62,966 nucleotides of DNA, taken from a virus. Taxonomy: Duplodnaviria; Caudoviricetes. Positions 48,422 through 57,791 of the stretch are shown here, one piece after another; positions within the stretch are counted from its first letter, which is position 1; each line of letters begins with the position of its first letter. The translations under genes were made by a program, and so were the position numbers. The notes below the pieces were generated by a model. That model saw only the letters and a program-made list of their open reading frames with translations, did not search any database and was not told where the DNA came from. The DNA lies in IMG/VR virus record IMGVR_UViG_3300030059_001555, positions 1 through 62,966 of that record; one strand, given 5' to 3'.

Positions 48422-48573
48422 GCCCAAGTACAAGGTGAAAAGTAAATCTATGGTAATGTGAAAACCATGACTGGTGAGGTGTCCGTATGGATTCATAGGT
48501 TGTGGTAAGCGAAATAGAGCCTTGTTGCTGCAAAGTAATTGGTAAATTAGCGGTTCGAATCCGCTCTTGGGCA
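48422..48573 (+). ncRNA. 152-nt tRNA-like RNA with large internal insertion
   Basis: Perfect 7-bp GCCCAAG/CTTGGGC stem, U8A9, CAAGG/CCTTG stem, AGCGG-TTCGAAT-CCGCT T arm. Confidence 0.65.
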
Positions 48574-48709
48574 CTAAAATTAAGAGTATGAGAAGATTAA
48601 TCTATGACATGTACTATGCTGAGGAGATCAGTATGGAGATTTGTGGAAAACTTATTAACAAATTAAACGAAGTTTCTGAAAAGAGACGTAAAAAACAAGG
48701 AGGATACTA

Positions 48710-48916
48710 ATGGGAGATATGACTTTTGAAGAGATAAACGAAGAGATCAGAGAAGATATCTACAACGACATAATTCAAGAATTTGATTATATTGCTGATT
48801 TTCCACTATCTGGTGATCAAAAACAAGAGATAATATCAGATATAGTTGATTATGTCTTCAGGGAATTGCAAAAACAACCAGTCTGTGAGTGTGATGCGTA
48901 TGGTGGCACAAACTAA
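48710..48916 (+). CDS. acidic hypothetical protein
   Basis: Stop lies inside repeat 8. Confidence 0.55.
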   Translation: MGDMTFEEINEEIREDIYNDIIQEFDYIADFPLSGDQKQEIISDIVDYVFRELQKQPVCECDAYGGTN

Positions 48917-48942
48917 ATACGATTACTCGTGGATAATATTAA
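48907..48942 (+). repeat. class I repeat, copy 8
   Basis: CACAAACTAAATACGA-TTACTCGTG-GATAATATTAA. Confidence 0.75.
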
Positions 48943-48960
48943 TGAATAAAATAAAAACAC

Positions 48961-49203
48961 ATGGAAAACCTATGGAAGCAACTGAAACCAGCAGTTCGAA
49001 AACAAATACTGGTAGATAAAGACATTTATCCAATGATGATTAATTCCTGTAAAGAAGAATTAGAAGCTAAGATGTGGTGGACCGACTTATCAGTGCAAAC
49101 TGTTAGGCACGTAGCAACATTCACACACAATACTTTGATTAGTGTATCAGTGAATGACTTACTATGGGGTGAAAAATTCTTAAAGAAAACAAAGAATGTC
49201 TAA
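48961..49203 (+). CDS. hypothetical protein
   Basis: Follows repeat 8. Confidence 0.55.
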   Translation: MENLWKQLKPAVRKQILVDKDIYPMMINSCKEELEAKMWWTDLSVQTVRHVATFTHNTLISVSVNDLLWGEKFLKKTKNV

Positions 49204-49462
49204 AGTTGAAGAACAAAAAGTACCTAAATGGTTTCGAGGTGAGGTGTATAGCGAAGGAGCTATGGTACAGAACCGCTTTACTGGTGAAGAATGCGAATTA
49301 AATGCACTTGAATTATCTATTTATGATATGACAATGGGTGCAAGTATGATCTCAGAAATAGGAATGAGTAGTTCTAGTGATGAAATAGTTAAAGATCTAC
49401 GTAAAGGTCTTGACTGGTTTAGAAGTAATAATGCTAAAGCCTATATGGTACTACTAGATTAA
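49196..49462 (+). CDS. hypothetical protein
   Basis: NRFTGE...SIYD...WFR...AYMVLLD. Confidence 0.6.
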   Translation: MSKVEEQKVPKWFRGEVYSEGAMVQNRFTGEECELNALELSIYDMTMGASMISEIGMSSSSDEIVKDLRKGLDWFRSNNAKAYMVLLD

Positions 49463-49538
49463 TGGTATACTATATTTTAGGATTCATAGTATTCTACTTA
49501 TTTGGATCTATACAGGTTAAACAGAAAAAAGTAAAATT

Positions 49539-49856
49539 ATGACAACAAACAAAATTCAAGAACAATTAGAGAAGAAATCTAAGCAAGAGATTGATGACTT
49601 AGTAACAAACTTAGTTAAGGACATTGTAAAATTCAGACTAGAAAAGACTGGGTTTAAGGGTAATGGTATGGATTGGCGTAGTAACCATACTAAACCAACA
49701 GTTAAATATGCTGGTGAAACAATGCCAGATCCTTGGGACTTTTTTGACTGGGATGTTCTTCGTAAGTTGTTCCGTAGAAATCTTGAAGAAGCTATGTTAG
49801 ATGATATGGTCGAACAAAAAGCTAGTAACTTAATAGCTAAAATGGAATTACTATAA
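49539..49856 (+). CDS. hypothetical protein
   Basis: ORF track. Confidence 0.55.
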   Translation: MTTNKIQEQLEKKSKQEIDDLVTNLVKDIVKFRLEKTGFKGNGMDWRSNHTKPTVKYAGETMPDPWDFFDWDVLRKLFRRNLEEAMLDDMVEQKASNLIAKMELL

Positions 49857-50116
49857 TGATAACAGGTGAACAAATTGAAAAGTACATAAGAGAAGATTTA
49901 AACTCAAACCCTAGACATGATTGTCATGATTTAGCTGCTGCTGTAAACGATATATCAGCTGAGGTTGATTATGATTCTTACGAATTAATGCAATTACTAC
50001 TGGAGAATAGACCTATAGATGGTTTACACACCCATAGTTATGGCTTTCACACTGCTAACGGCAGGTCAATAATCGAGGGAATACAAAGTAAATACTACGA
50101 ACATAATGAGTACTAG
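49856..50116 (+). CDS. hypothetical protein
   Basis: TAATG coupling. Confidence 0.55.
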   Translation: MITGEQIEKYIREDLNSNPRHDCHDLAAAVNDISAEVDYDSYELMQLLLENRPIDGLHTHSYGFHTANGRSIIEGIQSKYYEHNEY

Positions 50117-50486
50117 AGCAATAGTTAGATTCGTTACACGAGAAGAAGGAGTATCGTTTAGCGAGCATCCAGAGAAATGGCATGCACAATTATATAGACA
50201 CAGTGATGGTTACCCGGAAGGTTTAGGATTAGATATTGCTAATTCTTTAGTTGACGGTAATGAGATTAGTTTAGAAATAGACAGTTTAGACACAGAACGT
50301 GGATTTATTGACTATATATACTATGTATGGCAGCATTTTAACAAGTCTACATGGATCAGTATATTTAAAGTAGATGCAACCGAATTTATATGTGATCAAC
50401 CCAACTGCTGTAAAAAGTTAGTTCGAAAAGATGAATGTATATTTGTAGGTGAACCTATGAGTTTACAAACTAAATACGATTACTAA
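50106..50486 (+). CDS. conserved phage protein (MSTR...YxHxDGYP family)
   Basis: MSTRA...LYRHSDGYPEGLG. Confidence 0.6.
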   Translation: MSTRAIVRFVTREEGVSFSEHPEKWHAQLYRHSDGYPEGLGLDIANSLVDGNEISLEIDSLDTERGFIDYIYYVWQHFNKSTWISIFKVDATEFICDQPNCCKKLVRKDECIFVGEPMSLQTKYDY

Positions 50487-50499
50487 CGGATAATATATA
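50464..50499 (+). repeat. class I repeat, copy 9
   Basis: TACAAACTAAATACGA-TTACTAACG-GATAATATATA. Confidence 0.8.
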
Positions 50500-50502
50500 T
50501 AT

Positions 50503-50769
50503 ATGACAGACAAACAAATTAACAAATTGGCTATAGAAATAGCTAATGCTTTGATAGATAAAGCTGTAGCGGTTGATGATAGCTGGAAAGCTGATAATGA
50601 TATGGATCACCTAATGGGTGAACTAGCTCGTTGCATGACACTGCAGAATGTTTACGAAGAAAGAGAAGAGTATGAAAAATGTGCTATAATGAAGATTAGA
50701 GTAGATGATATTAATAAAAAACTAGGAATTAACTTTGAAGAAGAAGAAGACAATGGAAATGAGACATAA
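50503..50769 (+). CDS. protein with UvrB/UvrC-like motif
   Basis: EEREEYEKCAIMK. Confidence 0.45.
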   Translation: MTDKQINKLAIEIANALIDKAVAVDDSWKADNDMDHLMGELARCMTLQNVYEEREEYEKCAIMKIRVDDINKKLGINFEEEEDNGNET

Positions 50770-51601
50770 ACCAATGCTAGCTTACCCAGTAAGTAGCAAA
50801 CCAATACCTTATGACGAGCTGATATATATGCAGCCTAAATTTGATGGTGTTAGATGTGTAATACAGTATGACAACAGCCAGGTAACTGCGTACTCACGTA
50901 CAGGTAAAGAATGGAAAAACATAGACCATATCAGGTTTAATTTAAAAGGTTTCTTTCAACTAAACCCTGATGTAATACTAGATGGTGAATTGTATAATCA
51001 CGATCTAAACAACGATTTTGGGAAGATCATATCATTAGTCAGAAAAACTAAACCGACTGATGAGGATCGTCTAGAATCATCCAGTACTGTGCAATTTCAT
51101 TGTTATGATATTATTAATATGAAAGCAAATTTCAATTTTAATGTTCGTAATAAGTGGATTAGTATGAATGTACCTGAGAATCATTGTGTGAAGCACGTAG
51201 AGACTCACGAGATACACGCTGAGAAATACGCATTACAGTATCATAAAATTAACCTTAAAAATGGTTACGAAGGATCTATTTTGAGATTAAATGAGCCTTA
51301 TCAGACTAAAAGATCTCATAATTTGAGAAAATTTAAAGATTTTCAGGATTCTGAAGCTACTTTAACCGGTTGGGTTGAAGGAAAAGGTAAACGTATAGGT
51401 ACTATTGGTAAATTTACAGCAATTGATGACGAAGGAAATGAATTTGGCATGCCAGTAATGGATAAGTTTGAGTACTTACAGGAAAACTTTAAGAAAATGC
51501 AGAAATGGGTTGGTAAAACAGCTACATTTACATATTTTGAACGTACGAAAGCAAATAGCTATCGACACCCACTTTTTAAATGCATAAGAGATTATGAATA
51601 A
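50735..51601 (+). CDS. lig: ATP-dependent DNA ligase
   Basis: QPKFDGVR, LDGELY, YEGSILR, KFKDF, YRHP motifs. Confidence 0.9.
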   Translation: MKKKKTMEMRHKPMLAYPVSSKPIPYDELIYMQPKFDGVRCVIQYDNSQVTAYSRTGKEWKNIDHIRFNLKGFFQLNPDVILDGELYNHDLNNDFGKIISLVRKTKPTDEDRLESSSTVQFHCYDIINMKANFNFNVRNKWISMNVPENHCVKHVETHEIHAEKYALQYHKINLKNGYEGSILRLNEPYQTKRSHNLRKFKDFQDSEATLTGWVEGKGKRIGTIGKFTAIDDEGNEFGMPVMDKFEYLQENFKKMQKWVGKTATFTYFERTKANSYRHPLFKCIRDYE

Positions 51602-51852
51602 CCCTTGGACGAATGCGTATACTCACCCTAATTTCGTGACGTATACTATAGAAGAAATCGATGAAATGTTGATGTGTGAACTAGAAGAAATCTATGATCA
51701 GCACGAGTAAAGTATACCAGAATATAATCACAAAATGTGATTTAGAGACAGCTCCACTACGATGTGAATGGTGTGAGAAGCCCATGACCGAAGAGGATCA
51801 CAACTTTTGCGATATATGTGACGATTGTAGAGACGAAAATGAAATGGATTAA

Positions 51853-52338
51853 ATGAATATATTTTACTTAGACAAAGATCCTGCTAAAGCAGCAAAACTA
51901 CAGTATAATAAACACGTAGTTAAGATGATATTAGAGTCAGCTCAAATGCTATGCACTACGCATCATGCTTATATGGGTGACGATGCTGATGTTCCTTATA
52001 AATCTACGCACCAAAACCATCCGTCTACCAAATGGGTGGGTAAATCTGCACAGAATTATGCATGGTTATACCATCATTTTGTTGCTCTATCTGAAGAATA
52101 TACCAAACGTTATGGTAAAGAACACTTAACATATACTAAATGTAAGGACAAACTTAATATACTACCTGGTGGTATGCTAGAAACTGGACTTACTGATATG
52201 CCTCAGTGTATGCCTGATGAGTACAAAACTGAATGCAGTGTACAAGCATATTGGAACTATTATATCGGCGACAAAAGCCATATAGCAAATACTAAAACCG
52301 AAAAAATATATGGAGAAAGACCTAAAACAACTAATTAA
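51853..52338 (+). CDS. pyrimidine-dimer DNA glycosylase (DenV)-related protein
   Basis: MNIFYLD.DP...KHVVKMILESAQML...H.NHPS..W...EYTKRYGKEH. Confidence 0.7.
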   Translation: MNIFYLDKDPAKAAKLQYNKHVVKMILESAQMLCTTHHAYMGDDADVPYKSTHQNHPSTKWVGKSAQNYAWLYHHFVALSEEYTKRYGKEHLTYTKCKDKLNILPGGMLETGLTDMPQCMPDEYKTECSVQAYWNYYIGDKSHIANTKTEKIYGERPKTTN

Positions 52339-52410
52339 GGAATTTAATGAAATTAAATATCCTAAGGATACCTCAAAGAGAATAATCCTTGCAACATTAG
52401 AACCAGAGAC

Positions 52411-52456
52411 TGTGACAACAGCCCCTATATATAATGAATAACAGGCTTATGTCACA
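52411..52456. promoter_or_regulatory. 46-bp imperfect palindrome, copy 3
   Basis: TGTGACAACAGCC...AGGCTTATGTCACA directly abutting ATG 52457. Confidence 0.7.
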
Positions 52457-53071
52457 ATGATACCGAGGAATTTAGATAAATTGCATCGACAGAGAGTTGC
52501 ATACCGAAGAGATCCCACAGATAAACCTGATTTTGAGAATCATCAGTATATGTTCTTTGAGAATGGTACGTATCAAGCTTACGATTTATTTAAAAGTAAA
52601 GCGAAGATTAATACTTACAGGAGCTTAAAGTGGCATTTACTAGTAATATGGTATTTGAACCCACAGGTGAACCCTGAAGAGTTTTATGAGCTGGCTCAAT
52701 TCATTGCTGATAAAGAGAATGGTTATACAACCTTCAGTATATCTGAAAGTGCATTAGAAAGAATTGTCCACGATGTATACATGTGTGATTTAGATAGACC
52801 ACCTACGAATAAACTTCGTAAAGTTATATTCAAAATGGGTAGCGGTTTAGATAAATTTGAAAAGCTAAGTATAGTGGGTAAGTTAATTGGAACCGCTAAG
52901 AGAATTCACGCTGATGACGTATATCAGTGTATGATAGATCTTAACGATATAGGTAAGAAAGTTACCATAAGTGGTATAGCAAAATCGCTAAACTGTTCTA
53001 GTAGAACTATACATAGAAATATGTGTGATGAATTAAGAAGAGAAAAAGAATTATTAAATAGAAATATATAA
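52457..53071 (+). CDS. DNA-binding protein with C-terminal HTH (PriCT-like middle)
   Basis: VTISGIAKSLNCSSRTIHR HTH. Confidence 0.65.
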   Translation: MIPRNLDKLHRQRVAYRRDPTDKPDFENHQYMFFENGTYQAYDLFKSKAKINTYRSLKWHLLVIWYLNPQVNPEEFYELAQFIADKENGYTTFSISESALERIVHDVYMCDLDRPPTNKLRKVIFKMGSGLDKFEKLSIVGKLIGTAKRIHADDVYQCMIDLNDIGKKVTISGIAKSLNCSSRTIHRNMCDELRREKELLNRNI

Positions 53072-53086
53072 TGAAAATAAGTAACG

Positions 53087-53839
53087 ATGAAGAAATACAA
53101 TATACAGAATTACATTAAGTATAAGACTGATGTTAAAGATTCTATAGTTCGTATAGGTAAAAAGAACTTTGAGGATTATACTAGAGATGAGCTAATAGTT
53201 ACATTCCTACCTCTAGTGGAGAATTTAGCACGTAAGTTTTCAACTGCTCAACAAGCGTCTGGTATTATGGATATTACCGACTTAATACAAGAAGGTAGTT
53301 TAGGTTTAACAGCAGCAGTAGATAAGATAACTTGGGATACTATAACAACCTCTGAGGATCCAGAGAGGACTATAAAGTCCTTTTTATCGAAGAGAATTCG
53401 TGGAGCTATAAGAAGAGCTATAGATATGAACCGAGGTAGTATGAGAATACCAGAACATAAGTTAAATGAAATCAGGAAAGACTTCGGAGAGGATAAGAAA
53501 GCCGTTGAAATGTTCTTTAACTCAGTATTCTTAAGTTTAGATGCCGCTAATGATAATGGAACTCCTTATGATGCTCCTGATGTTTCTCAAGACTACAATT
53601 TAGATTTATTAGGTGCTTATATAAAGAGTTTGATGTTACAGCACTTAAACCACAAGGAATTCCAAGTACTTAGGTTGTCTTTCGGTTTAGATTGTGATAA
53701 GCATTCCGCTAAGCAAATAGCCTCCATTCTAGGGATGAAAGGTGACAGTTCATATGTCCGTGTTTCACAGCTAAAAAAGCTAGCCATAGAGAGATTGATA
53801 GAGAACGTTCCACACTCCCAAGTGGTTGGTTATCTGTAG
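53087..53839 (+). CDS. RNA polymerase sigma70-family factor
   Basis: LPLVENLARK, DLIQEGSLGL..AVDK, RIRGAIRRAI, MRIPEH, region-4 HTH. Confidence 0.9.
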   Translation: MKKYNIQNYIKYKTDVKDSIVRIGKKNFEDYTRDELIVTFLPLVENLARKFSTAQQASGIMDITDLIQEGSLGLTAAVDKITWDTITTSEDPERTIKSFLSKRIRGAIRRAIDMNRGSMRIPEHKLNEIRKDFGEDKKAVEMFFNSVFLSLDAANDNGTPYDAPDVSQDYNLDLLGAYIKSLMLQHLNHKEFQVLRLSFGLDCDKHSAKQIASILGMKGDSSYVRVSQLKKLAIERLIENVPHSQVVGYL

Positions 53840-53857
53840 TTTAAGTGCAAAATAAAT

Positions 53858-53888
53858 GTTAAATATGCAACGAGAATGTGTGATTATA
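53858..53888 (+). promoter_or_regulatory. class II promoter-like motif
   Basis: GTTAAAT-N14-TGTGATTATA between the sigma and ERF genes. Confidence 0.55.
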
Positions 53889-53913
53889 TATATACGAAAC
53901 AATACCAAAGACC

Positions 53914-54456
53914 ATGAAAAAACTAAACGAAAGTCTAGCAGTAATTCAAACTGAATTAAAAGCTAAAAAGTCTTCTTATAATTCCTTCGGAAAGTATAAC
54001 TTCCGAAAAGCAGAAGACATCCTAGAGGCTATAAAGCCTTTTTTACTCGAACAGCTAGTTACCATAACGGTGACTGAAGAGATTGTAGGAACAGATCCTG
54101 TACCTATGATGAAATCCACTGCCATCATTTCCGATGGTGAAAATCAAATAACAGCAACAGCAATAGTCGGTGTAGACCTAAATCAGAAAGGTATGCAAAC
54201 ATCTCAGCAATTCGGTGCAGCTTCTACTTATGGTAAGAAGTATGCATTAGGTAATTTATTACTAATTGATGACACTGAAGATGCTGACTCAGGTAAAGCA
54301 CCTGTGAAAGCCACTAGATCTGATATTACACAAGATCAAATGGTTAAAGCTGTACAGTTTATTAAGAAAGGTGGATCTATAGATGCCATACTAGGCAAGT
54401 ATACATTAACTAGTGATCAGAAAGCTGGTCTAAAACGAATTAAAATGTCTAAATAA
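53914..54456 (+). CDS. ERF-family single-strand annealing protein
   Basis: YNFRKAEDIL; QQFGAASTYGKKYAL..L..IDDTEDAD. Confidence 0.85.
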   Translation: MKKLNESLAVIQTELKAKKSSYNSFGKYNFRKAEDILEAIKPFLLEQLVTITVTEEIVGTDPVPMMKSTAIISDGENQITATAIVGVDLNQKGMQTSQQFGAASTYGKKYALGNLLLIDDTEDADSGKAPVKATRSDITQDQMVKAVQFIKKGGSIDAILGKYTLTSDQKAGLKRIKMSK

Positions 54457-55187
54457 TGGATGAAATTATAGAAAAGCTCAGGGATGATGAGCATTACTAT
54501 GGAGAGTTTGGCCAGAAGTTTTTAAGTAATTCTAATATCAGTACATTACTTAAGAACCCTGCTAATCTCCGTGTTAAGCAAGAGAACATCCCGGCTTTCC
54601 TAGTTGGTGGGTACTTCCACACAGCAATACTAGAACCTGAAAAGCTTAATAGCTTTAAAATAGTAGAGGCTTCAACTAGGAACACTAAGAAGTACAAAGA
54701 GTTATCTGGTGGGGAGATGTGTCTACTACAAAGTGAGGTAGATCAAGTAGAACTCATGCAAGAAGCAGTGATGAATAATGATATATGTAAAGATCTTATA
54801 AGTCCACTGTTAGGTGAGTACGATTACGAAACCCCAGGTATTATAGAATTATTCGGTAATATGTGGAAAGGTAAAGCCGATATAATAAACCACGATGAGG
54901 AATTAGTTATAGATTTAAAAACCACATCTGATCTTGGAAAGTTCAGGTGGTCAGCATCTAAGTACAACTATGACTCTCAAGCTTATATATACAGTAAGAT
55001 CTTTGGTTACGAAATGGTCTTTATAGTTATAGATAAGAAGTCTCATCAAATAGGTGTATTTGACTGTTCACCTGAGTTTTATAAACGTGGTGAAGAGAAG
55101 GTTAGGAAAGCTAGTGAGGCTTACGATCTGTACTACGGAACTGAAGGTTTCGACTTTAAGCAATATCTATTAAATGAGACGTTATAA
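54456..55187 (+). CDS. RecE/exonuclease VIII-like PD-(D/E)xK nuclease
   Basis: LSNS, G.YFHTAILEPE, KGKADI, IDLKTT, YDSQAYIY. Confidence 0.8.
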   Translation: MDEIIEKLRDDEHYYGEFGQKFLSNSNISTLLKNPANLRVKQENIPAFLVGGYFHTAILEPEKLNSFKIVEASTRNTKKYKELSGGEMCLLQSEVDQVELMQEAVMNNDICKDLISPLLGEYDYETPGIIELFGNMWKGKADIINHDEELVIDLKTTSDLGKFRWSASKYNYDSQAYIYSKIFGYEMVFIVIDKKSHQIGVFDCSPEFYKRGEEKVRKASEAYDLYYGTEGFDFKQYLLNETL

Positions 55188-55188
55188 T

Positions 55189-55224
55189 TACAAACTAAAT
55201 ACGATCGCCTCTGGATAATATATA
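55189..55224 (+). repeat. class I repeat, copy 10
   Basis: TACAAACTAAATACGA-TCGCCTCTG-GATAATATATA. Confidence 0.8.
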
Positions 55225-55242
55225 TAACAAAAACAATATAAT

Positions 55243-55473
55243 ATGATTAAATTTTTTACTAACCTGCTAAAACCCAAAACCATGGCAAACGCAAAAATGA
55301 AGACCTGTACAATTTCAGGCAAGAAGTTCAAAAACAATACTGAAAACTTTTATGTGAATCACAACGCACCTGATGGGTTGCACCCGTACCACAAGAGTTT
55401 TGACAACTTCCGTCGATCAACTAACGCGACAGTAAAACAAGTTAGAAATTTAGTAACAATGATTAACGCATAA
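55243..55473 (+). CDS. hypothetical protein
   Basis: Follows repeat 10. Confidence 0.55.
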   Translation: MIKFFTNLLKPKTMANAKMKTCTISGKKFKNNTENFYVNHNAPDGLHPYHKSFDNFRRSTNATVKQVRNLVTMINA

Positions 55474-55478
55474 CAAGT

Positions 55479-55799
55479 ATGGCGAGTATTATTAAAACAA
55501 GCATTAATTTGCAAAACATCCCTAAGGATAAGATCTTTAATGGGAAAAAAGGTCAGTACCTACCTATTACTATTACTATCAACGATGAGGTTGACCAGTT
55601 CGGTAACCAAGGTCCTGTAGTGGTCGAGCAATCGAAAGATGAGCGTGATGCTAAAGCACCTAAGACTTACTTAGGTAATGTAAAAGTAGTGTGGACTAAC
55701 GGTGATAACGTTGGTGCGGCACCGCGAGATGGTGATCAAGGTCAGCAAGCTCCAGTAGCAGCCGCAGCATCACAAACTGACGACGATTTGCCTTTCTAG
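55479..55799 (+). CDS. probable single-stranded DNA-binding protein
   Basis: C-terminal DDDLPF; upstream of primase-helicase. Confidence 0.7.
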   Translation: MASIIKTSINLQNIPKDKIFNGKKGQYLPITITINDEVDQFGNQGPVVVEQSKDERDAKAPKTYLGNVKVVWTNGDNVGAAPRDGDQGQQAPVAAAASQTDDDLPF

Positions 55800-55800
55800 C

Positions 55801-57522
55801 ATGAACATAGAAGACAAAGAGATCAATGGATTTTTGATTGACGAATTCAATCAATATAGTCTTGAAGCGGGTAAGACACAAGGAGTTTGTCCTTTGTGCT
55901 CCGCCGATAGGCAACCTAAGAATCAGAAAGCAAAATGTGCTTCTTATGATTGGGAACGTGGTCTAGGTACTTGTCATAATTGTAATGATAGTTTCCAACT
56001 TCATACATACCAAAGAAAAGGTAATTCTACTAAAGAGTATATCCGACCTGATACGTCAATAATAGGAGCTTTAGTTGAGTCAAAAGTTGAGGAATGGTTC
56101 AATACGAGGAATATATCAAAGCAAACTCTAGATGACCTTCGGGTCACTGAGGGCGCTGAGTATATGCCTCAAACTGGCAAGTCCGAGAATACAATACAGT
56201 TTAACTATTTCATAGGAGATCAGTTGATCAACGTTAAATACAGAGACGGTAGAAAGAATTTTAAGCTCTACAAAGGTGCTGAAAAAGTCTTCTACAATAT
56301 AAACTCAGTAGTTGGTTATGATTGGTGTGTTATAGTTGAGGGTGAAATGGATGTTCTAGCTCTACATGAATCAGGTATTAAGAATGTAATATCTGTACCA
56401 AACGGGGCAACTTTAAATAGTAACAACCTAGATTACTTAGATAACTGTATTGATTACTTAGACGATAAGTCTAAAATAGTATTAGCTGTAGATGCAGATG
56501 ATGCTGGTCAAGCTCTGCGCCAAGAGTTTATTAGAAGATTAGGTGCTGAAGTTTGTTACTTAGTTGATTTTGACGGCAGTAAAGATGCTAATGATTATCT
56601 AATAGAAAACGGTAAAGATGCATTACGTAGTGTAATACATGGAGCTAAGCAAGTGCCACTAGAAGGTGTATCAACACTTAAGGATGTTGAGGTCGAACTA
56701 CTAGATTTTGTTAACAATGGTTTTAAACCTGGTTTTCAAGTTGGGTTAGATAATTTCGATAAGATCTTCTCTACTTACACAGGTCAATTTATCACAGTTA
56801 CAGGTATACCATCTTCTGGTAAATCAGACTTTGTAGATCAAATGTGTATAGGTTATAATAGGAATTACGGTTGGAAGACAGCTTTTGCGTCTCCAGAGAA
56901 TAAACCTAATTACTTGCATGCTCATAAATTGATGAGGAAAACCTGGGAAGGTATGCCCACTAAAGCTGATGTAGGCTCTGATAGATGGAACCAAGTCACT
57001 GAGAAAGTAAATGATAATTACTTCTTCATTGATGCAGATAGGTATACTCTAGATGATGTACTTAAGAAAGGTGCTGAGCTAGTTAAACGTAAAGGTATAA
57101 AATGCCTTGTGATCGATCCATATAATAAAGTTAGAGATGTCAACTGTAAGACAGAGGATGTTAATAGGTATACTATGGAGTATTTAACTAAGATTGAAGT
57201 ATTTGCTAAGAAGTATGATGTATTAGTTATGGTTGTAGCTCACCCCACTAAGATGTATAAAGGTTCTGATGGTAAGATTGAAGAACCAACTATGTATAAT
57301 ATTAAAGGTGGTGGAGAATGGTACGATGCTAGCTACCATGGGCTCTTAGTTCATAGAGACTACGATGCTAAAACTGTTAAAGTTAAAGTACTAAAAGTTA
57401 AGTTTCAAAACCTAGGTGAAAACGGTGCGGAAGCTCATTTCAACTGGGAACCAAAATCAGGTTCATATATACCTTTAGCCTCTGGAATGGCAGAGAATGA
57501 ACCCATGCCCTGGGAGAAATAA
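55801..57522 (+). CDS. primase-helicase (T7 gp4/Twinkle-like)
   Basis: CPLC..CHNC Zn finger, EGEMD and DAD TOPRIM, GIPSSGKS, VIDPYN, VAHP. Confidence 0.92.
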   Translation: MNIEDKEINGFLIDEFNQYSLEAGKTQGVCPLCSADRQPKNQKAKCASYDWERGLGTCHNCNDSFQLHTYQRKGNSTKEYIRPDTSIIGALVESKVEEWFNTRNISKQTLDDLRVTEGAEYMPQTGKSENTIQFNYFIGDQLINVKYRDGRKNFKLYKGAEKVFYNINSVVGYDWCVIVEGEMDVLALHESGIKNVISVPNGATLNSNNLDYLDNCIDYLDDKSKIVLAVDADDAGQALRQEFIRRLGAEVCYLVDFDGSKDANDYLIENGKDALRSVIHGAKQVPLEGVSTLKDVEVELLDFVNNGFKPGFQVGLDNFDKIFSTYTGQFITVTGIPSSGKSDFVDQMCIGYNRNYGWKTAFASPENKPNYLHAHKLMRKTWEGMPTKADVGSDRWNQVTEKVNDNYFFIDADRYTLDDVLKKGAELVKRKGIKCLVIDPYNKVRDVNCKTEDVNRYTMEYLTKIEVFAKKYDVLVMVVAHPTKMYKGSDGKIEEPTMYNIKGGGEWYDASYHGLLVHRDYDAKTVKVKVLKVKFQNLGENGAEAHFNWEPKSGSYIPLASGMAENEPMPWEK

Positions 57523-57791
57523 TGGTGTTTAAGAAGAAAAGTAAAGGACTTAGTAGAAAAGCTCCTTACTTATTTCAAACTGAGGAACACCTGAAACACT
57601 TTTCCTGGTGCATTAAGAATGGTATAGGAATATGTGTTGTACCAAACTGGGAAATACCTGATATATGGAACGTAGAGGTTATAATAAATGGTAAATCTAC
57701 TGTTAACCCTACAGACTACGAAGGTGTAGAAGCTTTAACTAAGATGTACGAATACTGTAAATACTATTATGATAAACACAATAAAGAATGA
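57522..57791 (+). CDS. hypothetical protein
   Basis: Coupled ORF. Confidence 0.55.
   Translation: MVFKKKSKGLSRKAPYLFQTEEHLKHFSWCIKNGIGICVVPNWEIPDIWNVEVIINGKSTVNPTDYEGVEALTKMYEYCKYYYDKHNKE

Noticed and set aside
48422-48573. tmRNA or canonical tRNA-Cys
   Set aside because: No G3-U70 pair, too short for tmRNA with no clear tag ORF; the anticodon stem around CTGCAAA does not pair canonically
48326-48574. 82-aa minus-strand ORF
   Set aside because: Opposes the local transcription direction and overlaps the structured RNA; better explained as a shadow
43297-55224. CRISPR array interpretation of the class I repeats
   Set aside because: Copies are dispersed with whole genes between them, the variable part is only 9 nt, and no cas genes are present
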